DNA of 42,896 nucleotides from Lacunisphaera sp. (GCA_023269445.1 JAHFTH010000002.1:1-42896), one strand, 5' to 3'. Positions 12,746 to 21,136 are shown, counted from the stretch's first letter. Translations and numbers: made by a program. Notes: generated from the sequence alone by a model not told the origin.

Positions 12746-12746
12746 T

Positions 12747-12769
12747 AGTTGAGAGCTGAGAGTTGATAG
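12747..12769 (-). repeat. Heptamer array (same family as 11191, opposite orientation) just after the gcvP stop
   Basis: AGTTGAG AGCTGAG AGTTGAT AG. Confidence 0.7.
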
Positions 12770-12832
12770 ACCGAATCCACGGTAGGGACTCTCACCCTCA
12801 CTTCCCCCTTCCGCTCCCCTCCAGCAGGGGTC

Positions 12833-13057
12833 TCATTTCCGGAACAGCTGGTCATCGAGCCCGCTGAGGGCGATGATGGATTTGAGCGTGCCTTTAGCGA
12901 CCTCGCGGTGATTGGGCACCGGCACGGTGGCGCTGTCTCCGCCCGGCAGATTGCGTCGCATGATGATGTGGCTCCCCTTCTGTCGGTCCCGCACGAAACC
13001 ATGTGCTGCCAGGATGCGGCAGATCTCGGCCGGTGGCAGCGGGCGCAGTTTAGGCAT
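12833..13057 (-). CDS. hicA: HicA-family toxin (mRNA interferase)
   Basis: 74 aa: MPKL...ICRILAAHGF...RQKGSHIIM...VPVPNHREVAKGTLKSII, the HicA pattern with the GSH His. Confidence 0.88.
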   Translation of the reverse strand: MPKLRPLPPAEICRILAAHGFVRDRQKGSHIIMRRNLPGGDSATVPVPNHREVAKGTLKSIIALSGLDDQLFRK

Positions 13058-13310
13058 GCGCCAGCGTCAGGGCCCGCACCCGGGCGCCCAGCCGGAGACG
13101 CCGTCTGATTTCCAAGGCACTCGCGGACTCCAGCCAAAGCTCCACCGCCTCGGTCAGCATCTTGTGCGCCTCCTGCCGGGTCTTGCCCTGACTGGCCACG
13201 CCCAGTTCCGGACAGCGCGAGACAAACCACGCTCCGTCCTTCTCGACCAAGGCCGAGAGATTCGGCAGGTCGATCACCTGTCCGTCGCGTTCGATCCAGT
13301 TGGCTTTCAT
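13050..13310 (-). CDS. hicB: HicB-like antitoxin, short form without DNA-binding domain
   Basis: VEKDGAWFVSRCPELGVASQGKTRQEAHKMLTEAVELWLE, the HicB partial RNase H fold; overlaps hicA by 8 nt. Confidence 0.85.
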   Translation of the reverse strand: MKANWIERDGQVIDLPNLSALVEKDGAWFVSRCPELGVASQGKTRQEAHKMLTEAVELWLESASALEIRRRLRLGARVRALTLAHA

Positions 13311-13316
13311 GTCACC

Positions 13317-13345
13317 AGTGAAACCCCTACCCCCACAGGCGTCAA
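13317..13345 (-). promoter_or_regulatory. Putative sigma70 leaderless promoter of hicBA
   Basis: TTGACG-N17-TTCACT-N6-ATG on the minus strand; the -10 element is weak. Confidence 0.45.
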
Positions 13346-13368
13346 GCGGAGGGATGGGCCCAGCAGGC

Positions 13369-13453
13369 CCGCGTGGACAACGTCTACGGCGACCGCAACC
13401 TCGTGTGCTCCTGCATCGGCATGGAAGCGTATGCTGAGATACCGAAGGCGTAA
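13369..13453 (+). pseudogene. Displaced duplicate of the gcvP 3' end (direct repeat copy 2 plus its own stop)
   Basis: Translates [27 protein letters not shown] versus gcv[29 protein letters not shown]. Confidence 0.9.
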
Positions 13454-13513
13454 CCGCGAGCCAGGCATTCAGCGATCCGGCCAGGATTCATTAAGCGGAC
13501 CGGCAACCTTCCT

Positions 13514-16500
13514 TCAGTCTGGAAATGAGCGAAGGATCTTCATTGTCTCGACGCTAACGGTGCAAACGCGCCTGAGCAGGTCGATGACGTGCTCCTTGTG
13601 GTCGGCGAAGCGGTAGGTGTTGAATTTTTCCGCAACAGTGGGGTCGCCGATTTTTGACTCCTTCCATTGATCGAGCACCCATTCGAGGCCGCTGCGGTGG
13701 CCGAGCTGATAGTCCCACGCCACGACGGGGACGCCGTCGAGCGTGGTCGTGGCGTCAATCTCGATGCTACCGCTTTCCTTATCGGCGCGCAGCTTGGGTT
13801 TCAGGCCGGGCTTGTCGTCGAGCAGGCGCGCGGGGCGGAGACGTTCATCGGGCAACAGGTCGGGTAGCTTGCCCTTGGGTTCCTTGCGATCGCGACGTTT
13901 CAGCGGGAAGGGCGTGGCTTGTTCATAGTCGAGGTGCAGCGCCATGAGCGCGCGGCCCCACGCGGCCCATTGGCGGAAGTCGCCGTAAAAGGGCAGTCGG
14001 GGAAACTCGCGCTTGAGGTTGATTTCGTATTTCGCGCGATACGCCGGGTGGTGTAGCACGGCGTAGGTGTAGTGGAAAATGTCGAGCTTGGTGATTTTTT
14101 TGTCGCTGTAATGCGCTTGGAACTGCCGCAGGCCCCAGTCGGTGAGGTTATCGTGCCGCTCGCCTTCCTTGTCGTAGCGGTGGAGCGGGATGCAAGTCGT
14201 CCCGGCGGCGGCTCCGACAAAGTGGAGGTCGGGAAGGCAGCGTCCGACGTAAGCCAAGAATGGTTTTTGGGAATCGGGCGCGGTGTGAACGACAACGATG
14301 TTCTCCTTATCCAGCTCCGAGCCGAACATCTGGTAATGATTGTCGGTGAGAATATCGACGAAAAGCTTTTCGGAATAGAACGAGAGCTTCGCGAACGGGC
14401 GGTAGATTGCTGTGACGATCCGCTTGCGCTCAAACTTGGATTTGCGGCCTTGCTCAAATTTTCGCTTGAGGTCACGGCTCCACTTGATCGTGACTGGGAA
14501 TGAAGAATCACGCTCCTTATGCAGGCGGTTGTATTCCTCGCTGAGAAACTTGGCTTTCTTAGCCAGCGCGTCGGCGTCCACATCATAGACCCACTCATCG
14601 CGGTTGCTCACGACGCCGTTGCTGGTGAGGGCGAAGATGGCTTTCTCCGCCTCGCCGACGAGAGGAAGGAGGCTCTTGAAATCGTTCGTCTCGTTGTCGA
14701 GCCAGTTGCCGTCGGCGTCCGGCTCGATGGTTCGCAGCGGGAGCGTCTCGATCTTCGCCGCGCTGAGGAGTTCGAGTTTGCCCTCGCGTGTTTCGGCGTC
14801 GGGTGTGGCGAGGTAGGTGATGCGCGCGTGGCCCGTCGGTTTCCCAGTCTTTACGAGAAACAGGATCGCGACGCCGGTGCCGATGCCGAAAACGTTGGCT
14901 TTGCCGGCCACGGGGTTTTTGTAGTCGCCGCCGAGGTCCACGACATAGACATGGCTGAACTCGGGCGGGATAACCTTGTTGCCCTTGCGCGAGGTCCACG
15001 CGCTGGCAATGACCTTGCGGAAGCCGTCGGCGTGGCGCGCGTCAATGAAGGAGCGGTTGCAGATGAAGGCGACAATGCCGTTGGCCTCCAGCCGGTCGGT
15101 GGCCCAGCGGATGAAGCGCAGATACATATCATAGCTCTTGGTTTTCTGCGCGGTGCTGGCGGCGATGTATGTTTCTTTGATGCGTCCATCGATGTAATCG
15201 TAGGGGCGGTTCTTATTGTTGTCGTTTTCGTTTTGCTGGTTGGCGTTGTAGGGCGGGTTGCCGATGACGATGCTGATTTTGCGCTTGTTCTGCTCCTTGA
15301 TGCGGCGGGTGTTTTCCACGCTGAGGCCACCCAACTCCCCCTGCACCTCGACGCGCAGGCCTTCGATGTTGTCGAGTGTGTCCACGAAGCAGATGTTTTC
15401 GAACGACGCGTAGGTGCCCATCTTGGCGACATAGGCGGTCTCGATGTTGAGGTTGGCGATGTAGTAGGGCAGAATGGCGACCTCGTTGGCGTGCAGCTCG
15501 TGCTTGTATTTGCGGGCGAGGACATCGCGCGGGAGGTATTCAATGATGTCGCAAATGTAGCTGCCGGTGCCGGTGGCGGGGTCGAGGATTTCCACGCCTT
15601 TGTCGGCCAAGCCGCGGCCGAAGTGGCGGTGGGCCAGCGTATCGGTGGAGCGAATCATGAAGTCGATGATCTCGCCGGGGGTGTAGACGATGCCGAGGCG
15701 GTCGGCACCCTTGGGGTTGTAGGCCTTGTAGAAATTTTCGTAGATGACCTTGAGGAAGGTCTGCTTCTCGCGGTGGCTGACGATGCTGGTCGCCTGCGCC
15801 TTGATGCACTCGTAGTAGTGCTTGATCTGGCCGAGGGTGTCGCGCTTGGTCGCGCCGGTGAAGAAGGTGGCCTCGACCTGCTTCAACTCACGGGCGATGT
15901 TGTTCTCATCGAGGAGCTGGGTGTCACTGAAAATGGAGAGGAATATTTCCTCGGTGAGAATGTGCTGGATGAGCATCTCGTCGACGTCATCTGGGGTGAC
16001 GGCGGGGTTAATGGAGCTGCGACAGAGTTCGAGGAAGGTCTCGCGGCGCGAACGAAACCCGGGATTGGCCGCGCCCTGCTTGAGAATCATGTCACGTAGC
16101 GCGGTGACGATGTTGGGGATGTCGCGCTTGAAGCGTTCGACCGCCACCCTGAACTCGACCACGTCCTTGGTCTCGAATGAGACGTAAGCGGTGAGAAGCT
16201 CGTCAAGGGATTCGGCCTGCGCGAAGGACGCGGTGTGGAGGCGCTCGCCGTCCTGATAGAGGATGGCGGTCTGCGAGTCCTCGAAGAGGATATTTGAGTC
16301 GGGATAGCCCTTGTCGAATTTCTTGGCGATCTCGTCTGTGAGGTCGTCGTCGGTGTCCTTGCTCTCCCAAAAGCCGTAGTCGAGGCGGAGGATGTTTTTC
16401 AGGGTGCCGTCGGGGGTGACGCGCTTCTTGCTGCGGGGATTGAAGTAGTCGAGTTCCTCGACGAGCAGGAGATCGCGCGGTCGGGCGTAGGCGTTTATAA

Positions 16501-16606
16501 GGGTGAAGACGGCGCGACGGATGGAGGTCTCCTTGGAGCTGCCGCCAAATCGGATGATCTTATCAACCTCGGAGCGGTAGGTGTGGATGGAGCCAAGGTT
16601 TGACAT
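13514..16606 (-). CDS. Single-polypeptide restriction-modification enzyme (PD-(D/E)xK nuclease + N6-adenine MTase + Type ISP-like C-terminal specificity region; no helicase)
   Basis: N-terminal TPDGTL...FWESKD; GIVYTPGEIIDFM; motif I ILDPATGTGSY; motif IV GNPPY; C-terminal GVVSNRDEWVYD, YRPF, DIFHYTYAVLHHPAYRAKY..NLKREFPRLP, WDYQLG..SGLEW. Confidence 0.85.
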   Translation of the reverse strand: MSNLGSIHTYRSEVDKIIRFGGSSKETSIRRAVFTLINAYARPRDLLLVEELDYFNPRSKKRVTPDGTLKNILRLDYGFWESKDTDDDLTDEIAKKFDKGYPDSNILFEDSQTAILYQDGERLHTASFAQAESLDELLTAYVSFETKDVVEFRVAVERFKRDIPNIVTALRDMILKQGAANPGFRSRRETFLELCRSSINPAVTPDDVDEMLIQHILTEEIFLSIFSDTQLLDENNIARELKQVEATFFTGATKRDTLGQIKHYYECIKAQATSIVSHREKQTFLKVIYENFYKAYNPKGADRLGIVYTPGEIIDFMIRSTDTLAHRHFGRGLADKGVEILDPATGTGSYICDIIEYLPRDVLARKYKHELHANEVAILPYYIANLNIETAYVAKMGTYASFENICFVDTLDNIEGLRVEVQGELGGLSVENTRRIKEQNKRKISIVIGNPPYNANQQNENDNNKNRPYDYIDGRIKETYIAASTAQKTKSYDMYLRFIRWATDRLEANGIVAFICNRSFIDARHADGFRKVIASAWTSRKGNKVIPPEFSHVYVVDLGGDYKNPVAGKANVFGIGTGVAILFLVKTGKPTGHARITYLATPDAETREGKLELLSAAKIETLPLRTIEPDADGNWLDNETNDFKSLLPLVGEAEKAIFALTSNGVVSNRDEWVYDVDADALAKKAKFLSEEYNRLHKERDSSFPVTIKWSRDLKRKFEQGRKSKFERKRIVTAIYRPFAKLSFYSEKLFVDILTDNHYQMFGSELDKENIVVVHTAPDSQKPFLAYVGRCLPDLHFVGAAAGTTCIPLHRYDKEGERHDNLTDWGLRQFQAHYSDKKITKLDIFHYTYAVLHHPAYRAKYEINLKREFPRLPFYGDFRQWAAWGRALMALHLDYEQATPFPLKRRDRKEPKGKLPDLLPDERLRPARLLDDKPGLKPKLRADKESGSIEIDATTTLDGVPVVAWDYQLGHRSGLEWVLDQWKESKIGDPTVAEKFNTYRFADHKEHVIDLLRRVCTVSVETMKILRSFPD

Positions 16607-16609
16607 CGG

Positions 16610-16732
16610 TCAATGAGACTTTCGGGTTTTGGGCAGCTCCAACGCGGTGAGAAACGGCTCTTCGATCAGCCACGCGGAAGTGAAGACTTCCCCGTGGTCG
16701 GCGACGCGCTGCTTGGACTTCACCAAGCTCAT
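16610..16732 (-). pseudogene. 40-aa remnant resembling the N-terminus of a restriction-associated DNA methyltransferase
   Basis: MSLVKSKQRVADHGEVFTSAW matches the KSKQRVADHGEVFTP-type start I recognise from N6-MTase-like proteins. It ends before motif I, 3 nt upstream of the R-M gene start. Confidence 0.6.
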
Positions 16733-16798
16733 GGGCAAATGCCGTCGGGGCCTTTTGCAGCCGGATGAACAGACGTAGGGCGCATGACACCCATCACG

Positions 16799-16844
16799 CA
16801 CTACCTATTAGTAGCTGTAAAGCCCTCACTACTTATAGGCGGTG
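16799..16844. promoter_or_regulatory. Two imperfect palindromic operator-like boxes between the divergent R-M unit and the XRE gene
   Basis: CACTACCTATTAGTAGCT (16799-16816) and CACTACTTATAGGCGGTG (16827-16844), 28 bp apart in an AT-rich patch. Confidence 0.55.
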
Positions 16845-16876
16845 TTTGAGAAGACCCGCGCCCGCTATGTTCGTGT

Positions 16877-17203
16877 GTGGTCAACGAAACAACGAAGCGC
16901 CTGGTGGCCCGGGTAAAACAGTTCCGGCTGGAAAACGGTCTTAGCCAGGAGAAATTCGCGGAACGGGCTGGCTTGGACCCCAAGTATTACCAGCACGTCG
17001 AGGCCGGCCGGAGACTAAACCCCGGCTTGGAGACGCTACTCAAGCTCGCCAAGGGAACCGGCCAGGAACTGTGGGAGCTGCTCAAATTCGACACCCCGCC
17101 TCCAACCTTGGCCGAGGATCCGGGGAAATATGGGGGCAAGGCGGGCACGACCAAGGGTGCCCGCAAGCCCGCGAAGCGCGACGCAGGCCAAACCCGCCGT
17201 TGA
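16877..17203 (+). CDS. XRE-family helix-turn-helix regulator (C-protein-like) with basic tail
   Basis: RVKQFRLENGLSQEKFAERAGLDPKYYQHVEAGRRLNPGLETLLKLAKG. Confidence 0.85.
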   Translation: MVNETTKRLVARVKQFRLENGLSQEKFAERAGLDPKYYQHVEAGRRLNPGLETLLKLAKGTGQELWELLKFDTPPPTLAEDPGKYGGKAGTTKGARKPAKRDAGQTRR

Positions 17204-17227
17204 CGGGTGCGCGCCGTGGGGTAACCT
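17200..17227 (+). promoter_or_regulatory. Putative leaderless sigma70 promoter of DUF433/DUF5615
   Basis: TTGACG-N16-TAACCT-N6-ATG(17234). Confidence 0.55.
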
Positions 17228-17233
17228 ATGGGC

Positions 17234-17458
17234 ATGAAAAGAAGCGACATCGTCGTCATTGATCCGGAGATCATGAGCGGCACTCCTTGCTTCGCCGGCA
17301 CCCGGGTGCCGGTGCGCAACCTCCTCGACTACATCGAGGGCGGCGACAGCCTAGACGTCTTCCTGCGGCAGTTTCCCTCCGTCTCCCGCGAACAGGCCGT
17401 GGAATTTCTGGAGCAGTCCAGCCAGCAACTACTGGCCGCCGCCGGGACCGATATTTGA
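17234..17458 (+). CDS. DUF433-family putative antitoxin
   Basis: IVVIDPEIMSGTPCFAGTRVPVRNLLDYIEGGDSLDVFLRQFPSVSREQA; TGATG overlap with the next gene. Confidence 0.88.
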   Translation: MKRSDIVVIDPEIMSGTPCFAGTRVPVRNLLDYIEGGDSLDVFLRQFPSVSREQAVEFLEQSSQQLLAAAGTDI

Positions 17459-17790
17459 TGCGATTGTTGCTCGACGAGTGTCTGCCACTGGAGCTGGCAG
17501 CGCATCTACCCGGGCATGAGGTGCGGACCGTCCGGCACATGGGCTGGCTCGGCATCAAGAATGGCCGCCTCTTGAAACTCATCGCCGAGTCGGGGCAGTT
17601 TGATGCCTTCGTCACGGTGGACCGGAATCTGCCCCATCAGCAGAATCTCCGCGGACTGCCTTTTGCCGTGGCGGTCTTGCGAGTTCGCTCAACCCGCGTG
17701 CCGGATGTGCTTCGGCAGGCACCCGGGTTGCTGGCCGCCCTGTCCGGGGTGCATCCCGGCATGGCGGTGGTGGTGGAGATCCAGACCTGA
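17458..17790 (+). CDS. DUF5615 PIN-like putative toxin
   Basis: From ATG 17458: MRLLLDECLP...HEVRTVRHMGWLGIKNGRLL...FDAFVTVDRNLPHQQNL; translationally coupled to DUF433. Confidence 0.85.
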   Translation: MRLLLDECLPLELAAHLPGHEVRTVRHMGWLGIKNGRLLKLIAESGQFDAFVTVDRNLPHQQNLRGLPFAVAVLRVRSTRVPDVLRQAPGLLAALSGVHPGMAVVVEIQT

Positions 17791-17879
17791 GCCCGCACCG
17801 CCGCGCAACGGTCCTGCAGGGCGCTTGAGGGCACCCAACTGTTCCGGTCGGAAAGACCGGCACGCGTGCCCTGCGCCGG

Positions 17880-17913
17880 TTGACACTCCCCCACCCGCCC
17901 GGCAAATTGCCGG
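17880..17913 (+). promoter_or_regulatory. Putative leaderless promoter with palindromic operator over the -10 element
   Basis: TTGACA-N17-CAAATT-N6-GTG(17915); CCGGCAA-A-TTGCCGG at 17899-17913. Confidence 0.55.
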
Positions 17914-17914
17914 C

Positions 17915-18094
17915 GTGAACAAGAAGCCGCACAAAGCCGAGGAAGCCGCCGCACCCTACACCGCCAAGAAGCCGGTGAAAGCGGCGCCTGCTACCAAGCC
18001 TAGCGCGGTATCGGTCAGCGATGCGGCCTTCAAGCGCGTCGCCGACAAGATCTTCACCGAGCGCAAGGAACTCCTGCGCAAGCTGGCTCAATAA
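17915..18094 (+). CDS. Small putative antitoxin of Doc (59 aa)
   Basis: GTG start within track ORF 17600-18094: MNKKPHKAEEAAAPYTAKKP...SDAAFKRVADKIFTERKELLRKLAQ. The amphipathic C-terminal helix resembles Doc partners; lies directly upstream of doc. Confidence 0.65.
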   Translation: MNKKPHKAEEAAAPYTAKKPVKAAPATKPSAVSVSDAAFKRVADKIFTERKELLRKLAQ

Positions 18095-18124
18095 CGCAGG
18101 GGTGACCACCGCCCCTCTTCCTAT

Positions 18125-18511
18125 ATGGATGAGCCTGTCTTTCTTTCCCGCGAGCGGGTGCTGCAATTGCACCATCTTTCTCTCCAACAGCACGGCGGCT
18201 TGGATGGTCTCCGCGAGCCCGGCCTATTGGATTCGGCACTGATGCAACCCGAGGCGACCTATCACTACGGCCAAGGCGACTTGGCGGCCATCGCGGCAGC
18301 CTATGCTTTCCATATCGCCCAGAACCAACCTTTCCTCGACGGCAACAAGCGCACAGCCATCACCAGCGCGCTGGCCTTTCTTGAACTCAACGGAATTCCC
18401 ACCTCAGCAATTACCGATGCTGAACTCTACGACGCCATGATTGCCATCGCCGAGAAGCGGCTCGACAAGGCCGGGCTCGCGGAAATCTTTCGCCGTCAAA
18501 TACCGTCGTGA
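18125..18511 (+). CDS. doc: Death-on-curing (Doc/Fic) family toxin
   Basis: VLQLHHLSLQQHGGLDGLREPGLLDSALMQP...AAAYAFHIAQNQPFLDGNKRTA; the Fic motif has Gln in place of His. Confidence 0.88.
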   Translation: MDEPVFLSRERVLQLHHLSLQQHGGLDGLREPGLLDSALMQPEATYHYGQGDLAAIAAAYAFHIAQNQPFLDGNKRTAITSALAFLELNGIPTSAITDAELYDAMIAIAEKRLDKAGLAEIFRRQIPS

Positions 18512-18581
18512 TGCTACACGGCCCGCAGGGACGCAGGCCCTCCACCCTCACTTTCACCTTCACTCTCCCTCCTCTCTCCCC

Positions 18582-19055
18582 ATGAAAAAAACGAACCCCG
18601 CCAAGTTGAAATGGGAGAAACGGAAATCGCCCAAGGGAAAATACCATGCCTATAGCAAGGATCTTTCCGCCGCCATCGGCGACGTGCGCAATGCCTGGCC
18701 GAAAAAGGGCCATCCGTTCAATCTCGCACTCGTGAAGGTGATGCCCGGCGCGGCGATCTGCCCGTTCCACTCACACACCAGCCAGTGGGAGTTGTTCGTC
18801 ATCCTCAGCGGCACCGGCACCGTCCGCGCCGGCCAGTCGCGCCACAAGGTGAAATCCGGCGACGTGTTCATGCACCCGCCGGGCGAGGCGCACCAGATCA
18901 TCAACACCGGCCGGAAGCCGATGCTCCTCCACATCATCGCCGACAACCCGCCCGTGGACATCTTCCACTACCCCGACTCCAACAAGTGGGGCACGCGCCC
19001 GCACGGAAAGTTTTTCCGCATGACCGAGACGCCGTATCACGACGGCGAGGAATAG
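18582..19055 (+). CDS. Cupin-domain protein
   Basis: PGAAICPFHSHTSQWELFVILSGTG...SGDVFMHPPGEAHQIINTG...HYPDSNKWG; start at ATG 18582. Confidence 0.85.
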   Translation: MKKTNPAKLKWEKRKSPKGKYHAYSKDLSAAIGDVRNAWPKKGHPFNLALVKVMPGAAICPFHSHTSQWELFVILSGTGTVRAGQSRHKVKSGDVFMHPPGEAHQIINTGRKPMLLHIIADNPPVDIFHYPDSNKWGTRPHGKFFRMTETPYHDGEE

Positions 19056-19062
19056 AGCCCTC

Positions 19063-19128
19063 GGACGCGGGCGTGGTCGCCCGCGCTCCATTGGTTTGAT
19101 TTGGAGCCACGGCGACCTCGCCGTGGGA
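19063..19128. repeat. Pair of GC-rich hairpins (TGGAGC-type REP-like doublet) between convergent genes
   Basis: GGACGCGGGCGTGGTCGCCCGCGCTCCA ... TGGAGCCACGGCGACCTCGCCGTGGG. Confidence 0.5.
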
Positions 19129-19134
19129 ATTGCC

Positions 19135-21081
19135 TCAGCCCGTCCGGCAGGTCCGGCGGGCGGAGCGGTAGAGTAGGCCGATGCCGCCCGCGAAGAGCAC
19201 GACCCCGATCCACTTCGCGGTGTGCTCGAAGTCTGCATCAACGATGGCCAGCGGCGAATCGCTGCCGGTGAACGCGACCACTCCGGCGAACGCCACCCCG
19301 AGCAGGCTCTCGCCCACGATGAGGCCGGTCGCCGCGAGCACGCCCATCCGCTTCGCAAATTCGGGACTCGTCTGCTTGTCCGCCCAGCGCTCATAGAGCC
19401 AGCCGAGCAGCGCGCCGAGCGGGATGAGCAACGTCAGCGCCATCGGCAGGTAGATGCCCATGCCCACGCACAGCGGCGGCAGGCGCAGCTTCTTGCCCGC
19501 GCGCAGCAGCTCGTCGACCACGATGAGGGCCACGCCGAGCACCGCGCCCCAGCCGATCAGGCTCCAGTTGATATCGCCGCCGAGCACGCCTTTGGCCAGC
19601 GAGGAGATGAGTGCGGCCTGCGGGGCGGCGAGGGCGTTCTCCCCCGCCCCGGGTGCCCCGACGAAGCCGAAGGCCTTGTTGAGCAAATCGAGCACGGGCG
19701 GAATCACCAGCGAGCCGAAGATCACGCCGTAGATCAGCGCCAGTTGCTGCCGCCACGGGGTCGCGCCGACCAACTGCCCGGTCTTCAGGTCCTGAAGATT
19801 GTCGTTCGAGATGGTCGCAATGGAAAACACGATGCCCGTGGTGAAAATGGCGTAGGCCACGAGGGCCCGGGTCTGCGCCGGATCGCCCCCGTGCCCGTAG
19901 ATAATCACGAGGAGTAACGAGGCGCCGAGCACCGCGAGGATGCCCACCCCCGAGACGGGGCTATTCGAGGCACCGATCAAGCCGGCCATGTAGCCGCAGA
20001 CGGCCGCGATGACGGCACCGATCACGACCACGAACACCAGCGTGCCAAGGATCACCGGCCCGATGCCCGACGCGATCGCCGTGCCGGAACTGAAATACCA
20101 AAGCAGGCCGGCGATCGGCACCAGCATCGCCACGATTGTGCCACCGACGATCCCGATCGGCAGGTCGCGTTCGGTGAGCGGCAGTTCTGTGCCCGCCGAG
20201 CGGGCCTTGGAAGCGGCCAAGGACGCCCGGATGCCCGTGATGATCGGCCCGATGATGCGGAACAGGCTCCACAGCGCCGCGACGCCGATCACGCCAGCGC
20301 CGATGAAGCGCACCTCACTGCGAAAGGTCGTATTGACGACGCCCGCGACGTTGTCGCCCACTTCTCCCCAAGTGAGGAACGGCACCAGACCGCCCCACGA
20401 GATGAGCATACCGACAAACATCGCGATGCCGACCGACAAGCCCACGAGGTGGCCGACGCCGATCAGGGCCATGGCCAGGCTGGTCGAGACCGCGGTCGCC
20501 CCTGCGCCGACCCGAAAAGGCAATGCGAGGGTCTCGGCCGCCACCTTCAGGTAGGTGAGCAACTGGAAACCAGCCGCGATGACCGACCCGACGATGATCA
20601 TACGGAGACCCTTGGCGTTCTCCTCCTTGCCCGCTTCCGAACCGAAGCCGACCTTCAGGACCTCGGCGGCGGCGACGCCTTCCGGGTAAGGCAGGTCGGA
20701 CCCCGTCACCAGCGCGCGCCGGAGCGGCACGGAAAACATCACGCCCAAGATACCGCCCATCGCGCAGACCGCCGCCGTCGTCCAATACGGGAAACCCTGC
20801 CACCAGCCGACCATGATGAGGCCGGGGAGCACGAAGATGATCGCCGACAGCGTGCCGGCGGCGGAGGCGATCGTCTGGACGATGTTGTTTTCGAGAATGT
20901 TGGAATTGCCGAGCAACCGCAGCAGCGCCATCGAGATGACCGCTGCGGGGATCGAGGTGGCGAAAGTCAGGCCGACCTTGAGTCCCAAGTAGACGTTGGC
21001 CGCGGTGAAGAGCAGCGTGATGACACCGCCGAGAATGATTCCTCGGATCGTGATTTCGCGGATATTCTTGTCTGTTTGCAT
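19135..21081 (-). CDS. OPT-family oligopeptide transporter
   Basis: EITIRGIILG, ANVYLGLKVGLTFATSIPAAVISM, ENNIVQTIASAAG, LPYPEGVAAAEVL, SNDNLQDLKTGQLVGATPWRQQ, APQA; many TM helices. Confidence 0.92.
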   Translation of the reverse strand: MQTDKNIREITIRGIILGGVITLLFTAANVYLGLKVGLTFATSIPAAVISMALLRLLGNSNILENNIVQTIASAAGTLSAIIFVLPGLIMVGWWQGFPYWTTAAVCAMGGILGVMFSVPLRRALVTGSDLPYPEGVAAAEVLKVGFGSEAGKEENAKGLRMIIVGSVIAAGFQLLTYLKVAAETLALPFRVGAGATAVSTSLAMALIGVGHLVGLSVGIAMFVGMLISWGGLVPFLTWGEVGDNVAGVVNTTFRSEVRFIGAGVIGVAALWSLFRIIGPIITGIRASLAASKARSAGTELPLTERDLPIGIVGGTIVAMLVPIAGLLWYFSSGTAIASGIGPVILGTLVFVVVIGAVIAAVCGYMAGLIGASNSPVSGVGILAVLGASLLLVIIYGHGGDPAQTRALVAYAIFTTGIVFSIATISNDNLQDLKTGQLVGATPWRQQLALIYGVIFGSLVIPPVLDLLNKAFGFVGAPGAGENALAAPQAALISSLAKGVLGGDINWSLIGWGAVLGVALIVVDELLRAGKKLRLPPLCVGMGIYLPMALTLLIPLGALLGWLYERWADKQTSPEFAKRMGVLAATGLIVGESLLGVAFAGVVAFTGSDSPLAIVDADFEHTAKWIGVVLFAGGIGLLYRSARRTCRTG

Positions 21082-21136
21082 GGCCCACTCTGAGAGCGGG
21101 CGCGCCGGGTATCAAGCCTCGGTGCGACGTTCGAAT

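Noticed and set aside
17287-17457. Long N-terminal extensions in the ORF track (also 17600, 18441, 23349, 29085, 36558)
   Set aside because: They overlap neighbouring genes or repeats; family motifs begin at the downstream starts used above.
17791-17879. Hairpins between DUF5615 and the Doc partner as cassette recombination (attC-like) sites
   Set aside because: No similar site found between the other modules and no integron integrase; only CCGGTC-GGAAA-GACCGG is clear.
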